Source of the DNA: Rhynchopus sp. YZ270_cl-10
Lineage: Eukaryota
Length of the DNA: 64,000 bases
Assembly: GCA_964035575.1 (NCBI GenBank)
Contig: OZ037842.1
Coordinates: 1,364,001 to 1,428,000, forward strand
Reading direction: 5' to 3'
Part shown: piece after piece, positions 1-11,229 of the stretch
How positions within the stretch are numbered: the first letter of the stretch is position 1
Layout of the letters: the number at the start of each line of letters is the position of its first letter
Translations under genes and position numbers: made by a program
The notes under the pieces: generated by a model
The model's input: only the letters and a program-made list of their open reading frames with translations
The model's database searches: none
Told to the model about the DNA's origin: nothing

Positions 1-285
1 GTGTCCGTCAGCTCTGATAAAACTACTCGGGTCTGGTCGCTTCATACAGGTGAACAGCAGCACACCTTCAGCACAACGTTCATCCCAAGGGCGGTGTGTG
101 TTGGCGGCGGAAAAGCTGCGGTAATAAGCGGCGACAGCATCATTGTGTGGGACGTAGAGTCCGGGGAACGGCACGACACTGTGGTAGAAGGGGCTCGTGG
201 CCAATGTCTGCAGCTCTCAATATGCGGGAAGTGGACGTTCCGTGCGCGAGGGTTTGTCACTTTGGTTGCCCCTTTGCAACATTAG
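1..285 (+). CDS. 3' end of a WD40-repeat protein (5' truncated by window edge)
   Basis: VSVSSDKTTRVWSLHTG and SGDSIIVWDVESG are WD40-repeat signatures; the frame is open from base 1. Confidence 0.75.
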   Translation: MSVSSDKTTRVWSLHTGEQQHTFSTTFIPRAVCVGGGKAAVISGDSIIVWDVESGERHDTVVEGARGQCLQLSICGKWTFRARGFVTLVAPLQH

Positions 286-1128
286 CGCCAGTCATTGGTA
301 TTGTTGTACAGGTGAAACCACGCCCAACTTCCTGAATGTTGTAATAGAATTTGGTGGCGTTCGTGCAAGTCTTGTGGGATCACTGTGTAATGAAGCGATT
401 TGTTCGATAGAGGTGGTAATAATGTTTCAAAAAGTAAATAAGGTAGGGTCCAGAGCGTGCACGTTTCTGTGTTTGTCTGTATAATCCGGTGGTTTTTTGT
501 CAAAAAACAATACAAAAAGTGTGCCATATATTTCAGTTTTGGGGTGTTTCGGACATTCCCTTAGAGGGTGTTGTGTTTCCCTTTCCCTTTCCCTTTCCGT
601 TCAATTTTTGATTCAGGACAGCGTTTTCCTGATTGTTTCATTATAATTGTGTCTAGGGACAGATTCGTCAGATTCGTCGTTCCAATTTTCTGAATATTTT
701 GCTTTCGCCTTTCAAACATTTTTGTTTTCAAAGTCAAGTTCCCTCGACTTTTTTTCCCCTTTGATGTCTGCGTCCCAGAGTCGTTTGCATCAGCTTCACT
801 TAAGACAAAGGCTTAGCCACAGTAGACAAGGGTAAGCCTCTGCAAAAAGCACCACCCTTTTCAAGGTGATACAAAACACGAGGTTCTTACAAACTTTTCA
901 TTCACAACGCCTGCACCCCAGGGGCGTTTTGCACTTGGACAACCTCATTTTCGTTTCCCACAGCAGTGAGGGAAAATATAACTTCAAACACGACAACCCA
1001 TATACATGATTTATAATACCTTCTCCTTTCCATGCACCACGACCCTCCTCCACCTGCCTCTCTCTACACCCATATATGCATACATCTTCAGTGGCACCCC
1101 CACCCCCACCCAACACCCGCCCCCTTTA

Positions 1129-2598
1129 ATGGGTGCTCATCATGTATCTCTGTTGGACACAGATGCGAAGTCGGAGGTCGGAAGTAGTCTGTTTCTTCAC
1201 GACGGCTTGCATGACCGAAGTCGCATCCCCTCTGTGCGCAGTGTGAAGTCCTTGGGCGGGCTGTTGCTGGAGGACGAGGCGCCAGACCATGCAAGCCAAC
1301 GCCATGTGGGGGTCAGTCTGTTCACCACCATTGTGGGGACTGGTGTGTTGGGGATGCCGCGTGCCGTACAGGAGGCAGGGGTGGGGGGCTTTGCACTCGC
1401 AATGCTTGGGGTGTGTCTGTTCACGATGTTCGGGTCGTACCTGACGTACCGTGCTCTCGAGGTCCTGCGGCACCAGGACGTCGACGACGTGGCGGATGTA
1501 GGCCGCTCCACACTGGGCAGGGTGGGGTACTACATTGCGCTCTTTGTGTGCCTGTTCGATACCTGGGGTGCGACTATTGGGAATATCCGTGCTGTAGCCG
1601 ACGTGCTGCACGTAGTGTTTTTCCCGAACACAAGCTACCGCGTATTGGTGCCAGGTATCGTTGTCCTCGTCTTCCCGTTGACTCTGCGGGAAAAGTTTTC
1701 TGACTTCCGCATCGTCTCCATTGTTGCGATGTGCGCGATGCTCTGTTTTGTGCTCGTCGTAACCATCCAAGGACGTCCAGTTGTGCTGGCAGAGTCTCTC
1801 GCGCAAGGTCAGGGTGTCCTGCAACCCTGGCCAAATGTCATGTCCGCCACAGCCGTGCTCTTCTTCGCCTTCGACTTCCAGGTGAACCTCTTCCCCCTCT
1901 ACCGTGAGGTCAGCTGTGGTGAGCGGCGCTCCAAAGTGGCAACCCTCATGCCTCCCACAGCCTGGGCAATGTTTGCTGCCGTGGTGGTGTACGCGCTTGT
2001 GGGAGTGAGCGGGTACTCGACGTACGTGAGTACGACCTCGGGGAACATCATGGACAACATGGAGGGGCTGTACTGGCTGAAGGCGTCGTTTTCTGCCGCA
2101 ATATTCTTTGCAGTGCCGATCTTAGTGCATGAAGGGATCAACCTGGTGCTGCTGCACATCCTGCCGGAGGGGGCGCCGAAGGCAGTTCCGTCGCTGCTCA
2201 TGATTGGCAGTGCTGCGTATATGGCGGCAGAGATGCCTGTCTACTCCACGTTCAAGTATGTTGGCGGCACGGTGGGGATTGCGTTCTCATGCATCTTGCC
2301 GCCGTTGTTCTTTCTTGGGAGTGTGAGGAATAGGTTGCGGAAAGGGAGGTCGTTGGCGAGCATCACGCGTGCTGAGTCAGAACCACTTCTGCCGTCACCG
2401 ACACAGCCGCACGGTCAGCACAGCCCAGGCCAGACCGCGCCTGTATCACAGTACACGTGGGATCGCCCGCGAACACCGCTAGTGGAGCCACAGCAGTCAC
2501 ACAGCTTTTACTCTACGTGGGAGCTCTGGGCTGCAGGGGTCTTTCTCACGTTGGGTGTGTTGGCAGTGCCAGGGCTGCTGCTCTTCATGGATGGTTAG
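1129..2598 (+). CDS. Amino acid transporter (AAAP/SLC38-like, Aa_trans), copy 1
   Basis: TIVGTGVLGMP TM1 motif, FFAFDFQVNLFPLY, many hydrophobic segments. Probable ATG at 1129 (ORF open from 1006). Confidence 0.9.
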   Translation: MGAHHVSLLDTDAKSEVGSSLFLHDGLHDRSRIPSVRSVKSLGGLLLEDEAPDHASQRHVGVSLFTTIVGTGVLGMPRAVQEAGVGGFALAMLGVCLFTMFGSYLTYRALEVLRHQDVDDVADVGRSTLGRVGYYIALFVCLFDTWGATIGNIRAVADVLHVVFFPNTSYRVLVPGIVVLVFPLTLREKFSDFRIVSIVAMCAMLCFVLVVTIQGRPVVLAESLAQGQGVLQPWPNVMSATAVLFFAFDFQVNLFPLYREVSCGERRSKVATLMPPTAWAMFAAVVVYALVGVSGYSTYVSTTSGNIMDNMEGLYWLKASFSAAIFFAVPILVHEGINLVLLHILPEGAPKAVPSLLMIGSAAYMAAEMPVYSTFKYVGGTVGIAFSCILPPLFFLGSVRNRLRKGRSLASITRAESEPLLPSPTQPHGQHSPGQTAPVSQYTWDRPRTPLVEPQQSHSFYSTWELWAAGVFLTLGVLAVPGLLLFMDG

Positions 2599-2959
2599 GG
2601 TTGGGTCGCGTGTGCTTTGTCAAGATGCGGGTCATCCAAACACAGCGCAGCCTTACGTTCTTATTCTGTTTCAAAGCGAACCGTGTTTTCGCTTGTTGTA
2701 TGTTGCGGTATTCTTTTGCCGTTAAAAAAGGCTGGGGGTATAAAAGAGGTCGCGTGATTCGCCGAGCGGTTGTGAACCGCCTCCGTTCTCTTACGGTACG
2801 GACCACTCACGTCTCACCTTTTGCATGAGCTGGACTGAGATGCGTTTTAGCATATTTCAACTATTCTTTTTGCAAAGTGTTGAGCATAGAACCTCTCTTG
2901 CAGGCGAACGAATCTGGAAAAATCAAGAGAAACGAGTGGGGAAACGAAAAAGTACCATG

Positions 2960-3050
2960 TACCGTTACCGTAAAATATTTGGACCGTAAAAATGTTCCAG
3001 TTTTCCAAAAAAAACCCCAAAAGTTCCAGAATTTTTACGGTCAACATTTT

Positions 3051-3093
<43 letters not shown>

Positions 3094-3383
3094 TCAGCAG
3101 TTTTTTGCCACGCTGCGTGATGTATGCAGAAAATGGGATGGAGTGCGGTTATGTGGATCTCTGCTGCTCCTGGATTTACAGCATGAGACTATCAATCATC
3201 TCGGCCATCACCTCGAAGTCATCAGGGTTGCTCGGGCTGGCAGGTCCACCAGTTCCTCCTCACCTCTGGTGCTGGGAGCGAGGACCACTTCAGCCACAAA
3301 GGTTGTCATGCGCTGCTCTGGTGAACGGAAAAATCGAACAAGTTCCAGAATTTTTACGGTCCATGTATTTTACGGTTCTGGTA
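2960..3383. mobile_element. MITE-like element with imperfect ~34-bp TIRs, containing a poly(A)-tailed antisense insert
   Basis: taccgttaccgtaaaatatttggaccgtaaaaat (2960-2993) versus an imperfect reverse complement ending at 3383. 22-bp direct repeat at 3021-3042 and 3340-3361. T35 run at 3058-3092. Confidence 0.6.
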
Positions 3384-3937
3384 TATATTTTTGAATCACA
3401 TTGTTTTTATTTCGCTGTTCCATTCTATTAAGGTTCTGGGGTTAGCGGAGTGGCTGCCATTTTTTTTTTTTTTTTTTTTCCAAAGCCACTTTTTTTTAGT
3501 ACGAAATAGAACCTGTTGTGTTTATTGCGTGTACGTGCCCATAGACAAGGTGTATGTACGGTCATCAAAAGTTCATTTGTGTTTTCAGTTTTCAGTTTGC
3601 TGTTGCTTATTATACCCTGCCTCTTTGCTGACTTTGTTTGGGTTCTAGAGTGCAGAACCTGTCGACGAACTGACTGGCAACACCCACCAGCTTTCTCTAA
3701 CCAGATGCTCTCCCTCCCTCCCTCCCTCACTCACTCCCTCACCCTTTTTTTATCCTTCCTCCTCAAAGCGACGACCCGCATCTCTCAAAATACGAGCCTT
3801 TTTGGTCCGCAGAGGCATTGTGCATTTTTCAACTTCACTTTTCACAGTACACAAAAGCGGCAAAGCCATAAAGGCAAAATTCTTGCAAAAATTGTGTACA
3901 GTATTGCAGCCCCGTGGAGGTGGATCTGCCAGGTGTG

Positions 3938-5206
3938 ATGCCAGAGGCAAATGGGTGGCAGCAGAGCTCGCCCTCTGTGCTGCGTGTGGGTAGGGGTGTG
4001 TCGTCTAGCATTGTTCCGCCGCTTGTTGAGGATGAGGATGTGCCCAAAGGTCGCACCACGTCTGTCGGTGTTGCGGTCAGCCTCTTTGCCACCATTGTCG
4101 GCACTGCCACCCTCTCCACCCCGTACACAGTGAAGCAGGCGGGTGTCCCTGCCTTCCTCGCGACGCTGGTTGCGGTGTGTCTGTTCACGATGTTCGGGTC
4201 GTACCTGACGTACCGTGCTCTCGAGGTCTTGCGGCACCAGAACGTCGACGACGTGGCGGATGTAGGCCGCTCCACACTGGGCAGGGTGGGGTACTACATT
4301 GCGCTCTTTGTGAGCATTTTTGATACCTGGGGTGCGTTGGTAGCGTATATGAGGGTGATAGCGGATATTGTGGTGGTGCTGCACCCGATGTCGCATAGGA
4401 CAGCCATCGCAGCCACGTCTGTGCTGGTGTTTCCGTTGACGATGAGGGAAAAGTTTTCGGACTTCCGTCATGTGACGTTGTTTGCGATGGTGGCGATGTT
4501 GTGCTTCGTCAGTGTCGTCGCGCTGCAGGGCAAGCACCGTGCGCTCGTGCGTCGTATGGCAGAAGGAGACGCCGTCACACCCTCCTCCTCAGGCATCATG
4601 TCCGCCACAGCCGTGCTCTTCTTCGCCTTCGACTTCCAGGTGAACCTCTTCCCCCTCTACCGTGAGGTCAGCTGTGGTGAGCGGCGCTCCAAAGTGGCAA
4701 CCCTCATGCCTCCCACAGCCTGGGCAATGTTTGCTGCCGTGGTGGTGTACGCGCTTGTGGGTGTGAGCGGGTACTCGACGTACGTGAGTACGACCTCGGG
4801 GAACATCATGGACAACATGGAGGGGCTGTACTGGCTGAAGGCGTCGTTTTCTGCCGCAATATTCTTTGCAGTGCCGATCTTGGTGCATGAAGGGATCAAC
4901 CTGGTGCTGCTGCACATCCTGCCGGAGGGGGCGCCGAAGGCAGTTCCGTCGCTGCTCATGATTGGCAGTGCTGCGTATATGGCGGCAGAGATGCCTGTCT
5001 ACTCCACGTTCAAGTATGTTGGTGGCACGGTGGGGATTGCGTTCTCGTGCATCTTGCCGCCGTTGTTCTTTCTTGGGAGTGTGAGGAAACGGGCGAACGA
5101 GGCCCCCTACGACACTGTATACTCGCAATGGGAACTTCACTCGGCACGAGCATTTCTTGTACTGGGGGTGCTGGCGGTGCCTGGCATTCTGCTCCACATG
5201 GACTGA
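3938..5206 (+). CDS. Amino acid transporter (AAAP/SLC38-like), copy 2
   Basis: Paralog of 1129-2598 with long near-identical tracts; first ATG at 3938. Confidence 0.9.
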   Translation: MPEANGWQQSSPSVLRVGRGVSSSIVPPLVEDEDVPKGRTTSVGVAVSLFATIVGTATLSTPYTVKQAGVPAFLATLVAVCLFTMFGSYLTYRALEVLRHQNVDDVADVGRSTLGRVGYYIALFVSIFDTWGALVAYMRVIADIVVVLHPMSHRTAIAATSVLVFPLTMREKFSDFRHVTLFAMVAMLCFVSVVALQGKHRALVRRMAEGDAVTPSSSGIMSATAVLFFAFDFQVNLFPLYREVSCGERRSKVATLMPPTAWAMFAAVVVYALVGVSGYSTYVSTTSGNIMDNMEGLYWLKASFSAAIFFAVPILVHEGINLVLLHILPEGAPKAVPSLLMIGSAAYMAAEMPVYSTFKYVGGTVGIAFSCILPPLFFLGSVRKRANEAPYDTVYSQWELHSARAFLVLGVLAVPGILLHMD

Positions 5207-5314
5207 ACAACGACCCCCACCCGCTCCCCTTACTCCTCCTCCTCTCCCCTCCCTTTTGCAACCTACACCACAGGACACCAGACACCAATGGTGTAGTCTG
5301 CACACAGCCATATT

Positions 5315-6943
5315 ATGTGTGACTTATACCTCTACGAGATGGAGACTGCGAATGAGAACATGAAGCGGTTCTTTGCGCATGAGCTGCCCACGGTGCTTCC
5401 GGTGATGGGCCCGCTGCTGTTACGGGGGTTGGGACAGTACTCTCTGAACCTTGTGTCAATGCATTTCGTGAACGTGCATGCACCCGCACATTTGGCAGGA
5501 GTGTCTTTGGGGATGTCGTTGACGACGATGCTTGGGTGGGCTGCGATCACAGGGCAGTCAACAGCACTCGTGACGCTCACGTCGCAGCTGCACGGATCCT
5601 CCTCTGCAGATGGCTCCCCACAGAAGACTGAGGCCTACATAAGCGTTGCCACGTTCATCCACATCATGTGGACCATCGTCCCCATCCTCTGTCTCCCCAT
5701 CATCTACCGCTTTCTCCTAAGCCTCGGGCAAGACGTCTCTGTGGTCAACGACGCAGCATGGTACCTCGGCCTCTCTATCCTCACGCTACCCCCGTATGCG
5801 GTGTTTGTAACGTACAGAAGATACCTCGACGCACTGTTGCGGCCATGGCCAGGCGCGCTCCTCTGTGGAAGTGGTGTCGTGCTGTTGAGTCTGTTTCTGC
5901 CGATGATGAACTCCATTGGTGTTCCCGCGCAGCACACCCCACCAGTGTCGTTGTTTGTATTGTTTCTTGTGTTTGCGTTGATTCTTGTAGGGCATGTTGG
6001 GCCGGTGCATGCGTGTGGGACGATCCCTTCAAAGAGAAAGCTGAAGCGGTACTCTTACATAGCGTTCCCTGCGATGTTGTCGATGATGTCTGAGTGGTGG
6101 TCCACCGAGGTGCTTGTGGTGCTTGCAGCGCAGTTGGGGACAGCGAGTTTGACGGCAAACGCTGTGTGCAACACTTTGCTGACGTTTTTGTATCAAATCT
6201 CGTATGCGGTGAGCTCATCGTGCTCTGTGCGGGTGGGGTATTGGCTGGGGGCAGGGCACCCACAACGGGCAAAACGTTCTATCATCATGCACGTTCTTGT
6301 CTCCGTGGTGCTAGCTGCGATGGTAGCAACGCCCCTGGTTGCATTCCGTGAGGACGTTGCGCGCTGTCTGGTGGGGCGGCTGGATGTGGCGACCTTCGAC
6401 TTCACGGTGCAGCTCATTCCCTTTATCTGCACATTCTTCATGTTGGGTGCGGTGCAAAGCTGCCTCTACGGAGGAATGTGCGGGGCAGGCATGCAGCACA
6501 TCAGTCTATGCTGCAGCATCGTCGCGTACTGGCCGATTGGTGTTCCGGTTGCACTGTACTGCGGATTTACCTTGGGGATGGGTGTCGTTGGTTTCTGGTA
6601 CGGACTCACGGTATGCCATAAAGTACAAGAAGTTGTCTTGATTGTTTCCCACACTAAGGGAAGAAATGTGTATACCAGCCCTCTTGGGTGGCATTTGGCG
6701 TTGGTGATTGTCGTTGCAAAGGCAAAAAATAAATGAAAATAAAAACACACCACATTATCACAGATGGGTCTAGCAATCGCAATGACACTGACGGCATCGT
6801 ATCTCGTGTTTGTAATTGACTGGGAGAACGTTGTCAACCGTGAAGAGCTTCTGCGTGACGCAGAATTGACCCCTGTGATGAAGGGGCGCCCGACAGTTTC
6901 CTTTTATGGTGGAAGAAGCCCAACATTGGAGCCAGAGATGTGA
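5315..6943 (+). CDS. MATE-family multidrug/toxin efflux transporter, copy 1 (intron 6611-6763)
   Basis: LAGVSLG..GW, EWW, SVRVGYWLGAG, YWPIGVP..GVVGFW motifs. A phase-0 GTATGC..CACAG intron restores the last TM helix (MGLAIAMTLTASYLVFVIDWE); stop at 6941-6943. Confidence 0.9.
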
Positions 6944-7606
6944 GCACCAACGAAAATATGAGGGAAGTGCATAGTAACGTTCTCCTGAGCGAGGAGAGGC
7001 GGTGCTGACAGCCTTGTAAAATTTTGTGTGTGTTTTATGGGCATGTTCTGTGTATTCTCCCCCCCTCTTCCCCGCCCCAACTTCGCATCTGGGGCACTGT
7101 GTACGCGATCCTTTCTATCTTTTATTGAACCATAAAGAATAGCTAGTTCTTCGGGCGGGGGGGTTTTTTTTTTGTTTTTTTTTTTTTTTTTTTTTTGCAG
7201 GGTTTCTTCTGGTGTCCAAGCTTCTATTTGCTCTCTTTGAAGGGATCATGTGAAGAAAAATCGTGACTGCTCTGTGATAGTAGTCTATAATCAAAATTTT
7301 TGGTGACCAAGCACTCACAGCTTAGGGTTTTCTTACCAAAAAAAATAAATTTATTCTTCTTACGGTGCTGTCAGGTTGTCGCGCCTGTTAGCTTTTCCAA
7401 CGATAGTTTGGCAGAGAACACAGTGTATGTCCCTCATCCCCACACCAAAAAACAGCGGGTCTCCACGCACACAAGAAAGTCAGTAATTATTATGCACTTT
7501 CTGATTTGGTTGTAACCTTCCCCTTATGTCCTCTTTTGGTGTCTGTGCGAGGCGAGGCGCGTACATTCATCTTTCAGCCCTTTAGCTTTTAACCGTATTT
7601 TTTCAA

Positions 7607-7640
7607 GGTGACTAAGCACGAGAGGCTTAGGGTCATCTTA
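7607..7640 (+). repeat. Representative of dispersed hairpin repeat family 1 (ggtgactaagcacgagaggcttaggttcatctta)
   Basis: Related copies begin near 7282, 8428, 8750, 11687, 12114, 12278, 16013, 16626, 18980, 24978, 28710, 28816, 32157, 36376, 49348, 58463 and 60339, all in the same orientation. Confidence 0.85.
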
Positions 7641-7824
7641 TAAGCCTTTCTATTTCTTGCTACATTCACGAAGTAGTTCATTCTTTGTCAATTTCAAGCT
7701 TTTTTATCATAGAATCAGAGAGTTTTTTTGAGGATTTTTCAAACAATAACCGCAACCTTGTGTGGTACGTGAATCTCCTAAAGGGGGTTCTGTCCATTTA
7801 CAAAAAAAAAAGCGAAATAAAGAG

Positions 7825-7960
7825 TGTCGGACCAGAGTTTTTCTTCTTCTTTTCTCATCTCTGCCACACCCTTAGGACGAGGTGTGCCGTCCGTTAGTAT
7901 CCTAACCCTTTTTGGGTAATATTTGAGTACAGAACTCACCTCTCTTGGAGGTGATGCATT
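7825..7960 (+). repeat. Dispersed repeat family 3 (gtcagaccagagtt..ctcatctctgccacactcttaggg..gaggtgtgccgtc..)
   Basis: Three alignable copies at ~7825-7960, ~9085-9205 and ~18480-18610, same orientation. Confidence 0.85.
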
Positions 7961-8821
7961 CAAAACACATTTTTTTGTTTTTTTCTATTGACAATTCCGT
8001 GCGACCGAAGACGCTGCTGCTAAAAGGTTCGGCACATGATGTCACCTGAATTGGATTAATAAGTTGATCCAGCAAAACAAAACCAAAACTCAGTAAACCC
8101 GACGAATAAAACTAAATACATTCGCCCTGAGTGGTAGTCGGTGAATGAGAGATGAGAGAGGGGAGAAAAAAAAATAATCTCGCAATGAGTAAGCTCACCT
8201 CTCGATTGTCGATACAGCAACACCAAAAAAAGTACAATTTTGCTTTGGCCACCATTGCGTACAGACCCTAACGGGACCACCAACCTAGGGTACTTTGGTG
8301 GATTGTCCGACTTTTTGTCGACAACAATTAAACGACTTTTTCTCTGCCACAATACGTGAAGATTCCGTGTGCTCCCCTAAGTTGTTAAAGTGAACCTGCG
8401 CTGAAAAAGTGGGCTTTTTTTTTCTTAGGTGACAAAGAGACTTAGGTTCATCCCTTAACTTTTCGTTTCTTTCTTATTTTGATGAATAGGGTCTATAAGG
8501 ACCTGAGGGATAGAGCCTTCAGCCAAGTTTTTCAACACTGGGGTACGAGACCAGGAGGATTCCTCACGTATCATACGCCCGCTACAACTCTTTCGATAAT
8601 ACTTTTGTGTCTACCGTTCTGCAAAAACTACTTCAACAGGTAGTACGTTTTTTAAACTTGAAGAAAATACCCTTCTTTTCAAGTTTTATTTGCAGACTAA
8701 TCACAGCGATCTGAGTGTTGTATTACGAACTTTCCTTTTTTTTTTGAAGGGTGACCCAAGCAATGACGAAGGCTTACGCTCACCATAAAAGCAATTTTTT
8801 TTTACGTCTTTTCAATCATCA

Positions 8822-9070
8822 CACCATGGACTCGTAATGACATTACGTGACGAGCGATGAGGGAAAATACGTGGAAAATTACGCGCGCAATGACGTCGTC
8901 ACGACGCGGGCACCCCCTCGTAATGACGACGTCACGGCGTGGGGTTTTCCTCTTCACGACGACGGCATTACGACGTCATGACGTGGGCACCCCCTCGTAA
9001 TTACGAGGGTGCCCACGTCAAGGCCCTCGTAATTACTTCACGCGCGTAATGTCATTACGAGTCCATGGTG
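8822..9070. mobile_element. MITE with 26-bp perfect TIRs, CAC..GTG ends and a 2-bp CA flank duplication
   Basis: caccatggactcgtaatgacattacg at 8822-8847 and its reverse complement at 9045-9070. Internal gacgtc/cgtaattacg repeats; a fragment of the same interior recurs at ~13298-13362. Confidence 0.85.
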
Positions 9071-9616
9071 CAACATAAATATCTGTCAGACCAGAGTTTC
9101 TTTTTTCTCATCTCTGCCACACTCTTAGGGTTGAGGTGTGCCGTCTGTAATTATCCCCAGCCCTTTTCTTTTTGGGTGACATTTTGACAGTTTTTGAGTA
9201 CAGAACAGAAACAACGCGTTGTTGTGGATGATTGCGACACAACGATAAACAAAAAAAAACGAACTCTCAGTAGACCCATCTCGGGTGCTATGTTAAGATA
9301 CCAAGTTTTCGGGGTACGGGGGGGGGAGGGAGGGAACATGCTGAAAAAAACCGGCAGCAAACGCATTGTATCACAGTCGTTGGTGCAGACGATGTCTGCA
9401 CAAAAAGCGTTCATAATAAAAAAGGGGATATTTTCTGGATAGTGAAGCCTCCTTTTAGCCTTGGCTATCAGATTATCCAAAAAAAATAATTTTTTTTTCT
9501 ATACGCACGACGTCTGTTACCGAAACGAAAACCCCCCGCCTGATCTTTTCCCCCGCACACATAACGAAATACTCCTTGCTTTTCAAACATCCCCTCTACA
9601 GTTATCATATCAAAAG

Positions 9617-11229
9617 ATGCAGAGACACCAGGCGGATGAGGAGGAGCTGTTGTTAGCGGTAGACACCGACCAGAAGGGGGTACCTGATGCGGTGCATGAA
9701 GCGCCAGAGGGGATCATATCGTTTCTGTCTCATGAGCTCCCCACGGTGCTTCCGGTGATGGGTCCGCTGGTGATGCGGGGGTTGGGACAGTACTCGTTGA
9801 ACCTGGTTGCGATGAAGTTTGTCAATGTGCACGCACCAAAGCATTTGGCAGGAGTGTCGTTAGGGATGACGTTGACGACGATGCTTGGGTGGGCTGCGAT
9901 CTCTGGGCAGTCCAATGCGTTGGTAACGTTGACCTCGCAGCTTCATGGTACCTGCGATGCTGCGGAACTGTCGCGCAAAACACAGGCCTACGTGAACGTA
10001 TCCGCATTCATCCACGTTGTCTGGATAGCGGTCCCCCTCCTCCTCCTCCCCTTCATCCACATGATGCTGCTCGGTCTCGGGCAAAGCCCCGAGGTAGCCT
10101 ACGACGCAACAATGTACCTCGGCCTCTCGCTTCTGACGCTCCCTGCGTATGCCGTGTATGTGTCGCACAGAAGATACCTCGACGCACTGTTGCGGCCATG
10201 GCCAGGCGCGCTCCTCTGTGGAAGTGGTGTCGTGCTGTTGAGTCTGTTTCTGCCGATGATGAACTCCATTGGTGTTCCCGCGCAGCACACCCCACCAGTG
10301 TCGTTGTTTGTATTGTTTCTTGTGTTTGCGTTGTTTTTGCTGAAGTACGTTGGGCCGGTGCACAGCTTCGGGACGATCCCTTCAAAGAGAAAGCTGAAGA
10401 GGTACACATCCTTGGCAATCCCTGCGATGTTGTCGATGATGTCTGAGTGGTGGTCCACCGAGGTGCTTGTGGTGCTTGCAGCGAGGGTGGGGACAGCGAG
10501 TTTGACGGCAAACGCTGTGACCAACACTTTGCTGACGTTTCTGAACCAAATCTCATTTGCGGTGAACTCTTCTTGCTCTGCACGGGTGGGGTACTGGCTG
10601 GGGGCAGGTCACCCAAAGAAGGCACAGAGGACGATTCTGATGCACATCGTGATTGTCCTCTGTTTTACTGCTGTGACTGGACACATTATGCGTGCCTTCA
10701 AGAGCACAATCGCCTTTGCCCTAGTTGGGAACAGCAACGAGGAGACCGTGCAGATCACAGAGACGCTGATCACCATCATCAGCTACTTCTTTGTCGCGAC
10801 GTCCATTCAATGCTGCTTCAACGGTGCTATGTGCGGTCTTGGGAAGCAGAAGATCACGATGTACGCATCGATCCTCGCGTACTGGCCCATCGGGTTGCCG
10901 ATCTCGGCTTACTGCGGGTTTACCTTGGAAATGGGGGTTGTTGGATTCTGGGTTGGACTTACGGTATGTACATTGGTTGGAGCTAATCAGGCTTTAGATC
11001 ATATTTCAAACTTTTCTTTAATCAGTCCCCCTAACTACCATTTTACAATACAACACAGTGCGGGCTGGCGATTGTGATGGCATTGTGCGCAACGTACCTA
11101 ATCTTTGTCATCGACTGGGACAACGTGCTCAACAGAGAGCAACTTTTGAAGGACTCGGAGCTCACCCCGGTTGCGAGCAAACAGAAGCTGCCGACCACCT
11201 ACGGATCCATGTCTCCTGCGGTGATTTGA
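9617..11229 (+). CDS. MATE-family transporter, copy 2 (intron 10964-11058)
   Basis: Paralog of 5315-6943 with the intron at the same codon (GLT|). Last exon CGLAIVMALCATYLIFVIDWD; stop at 11227-11229. Confidence 0.9.

Noticed and set aside
7607..7640. rRNA sarcin-ricin loop, snoRNA or hammerhead identity for family 1 (ACGAGAGG loop)
   Set aside because: The flanking rRNA helix sequence, C/D boxes and the CUGAUGA/GAAA core are all absent, and the loop is the most variable part.
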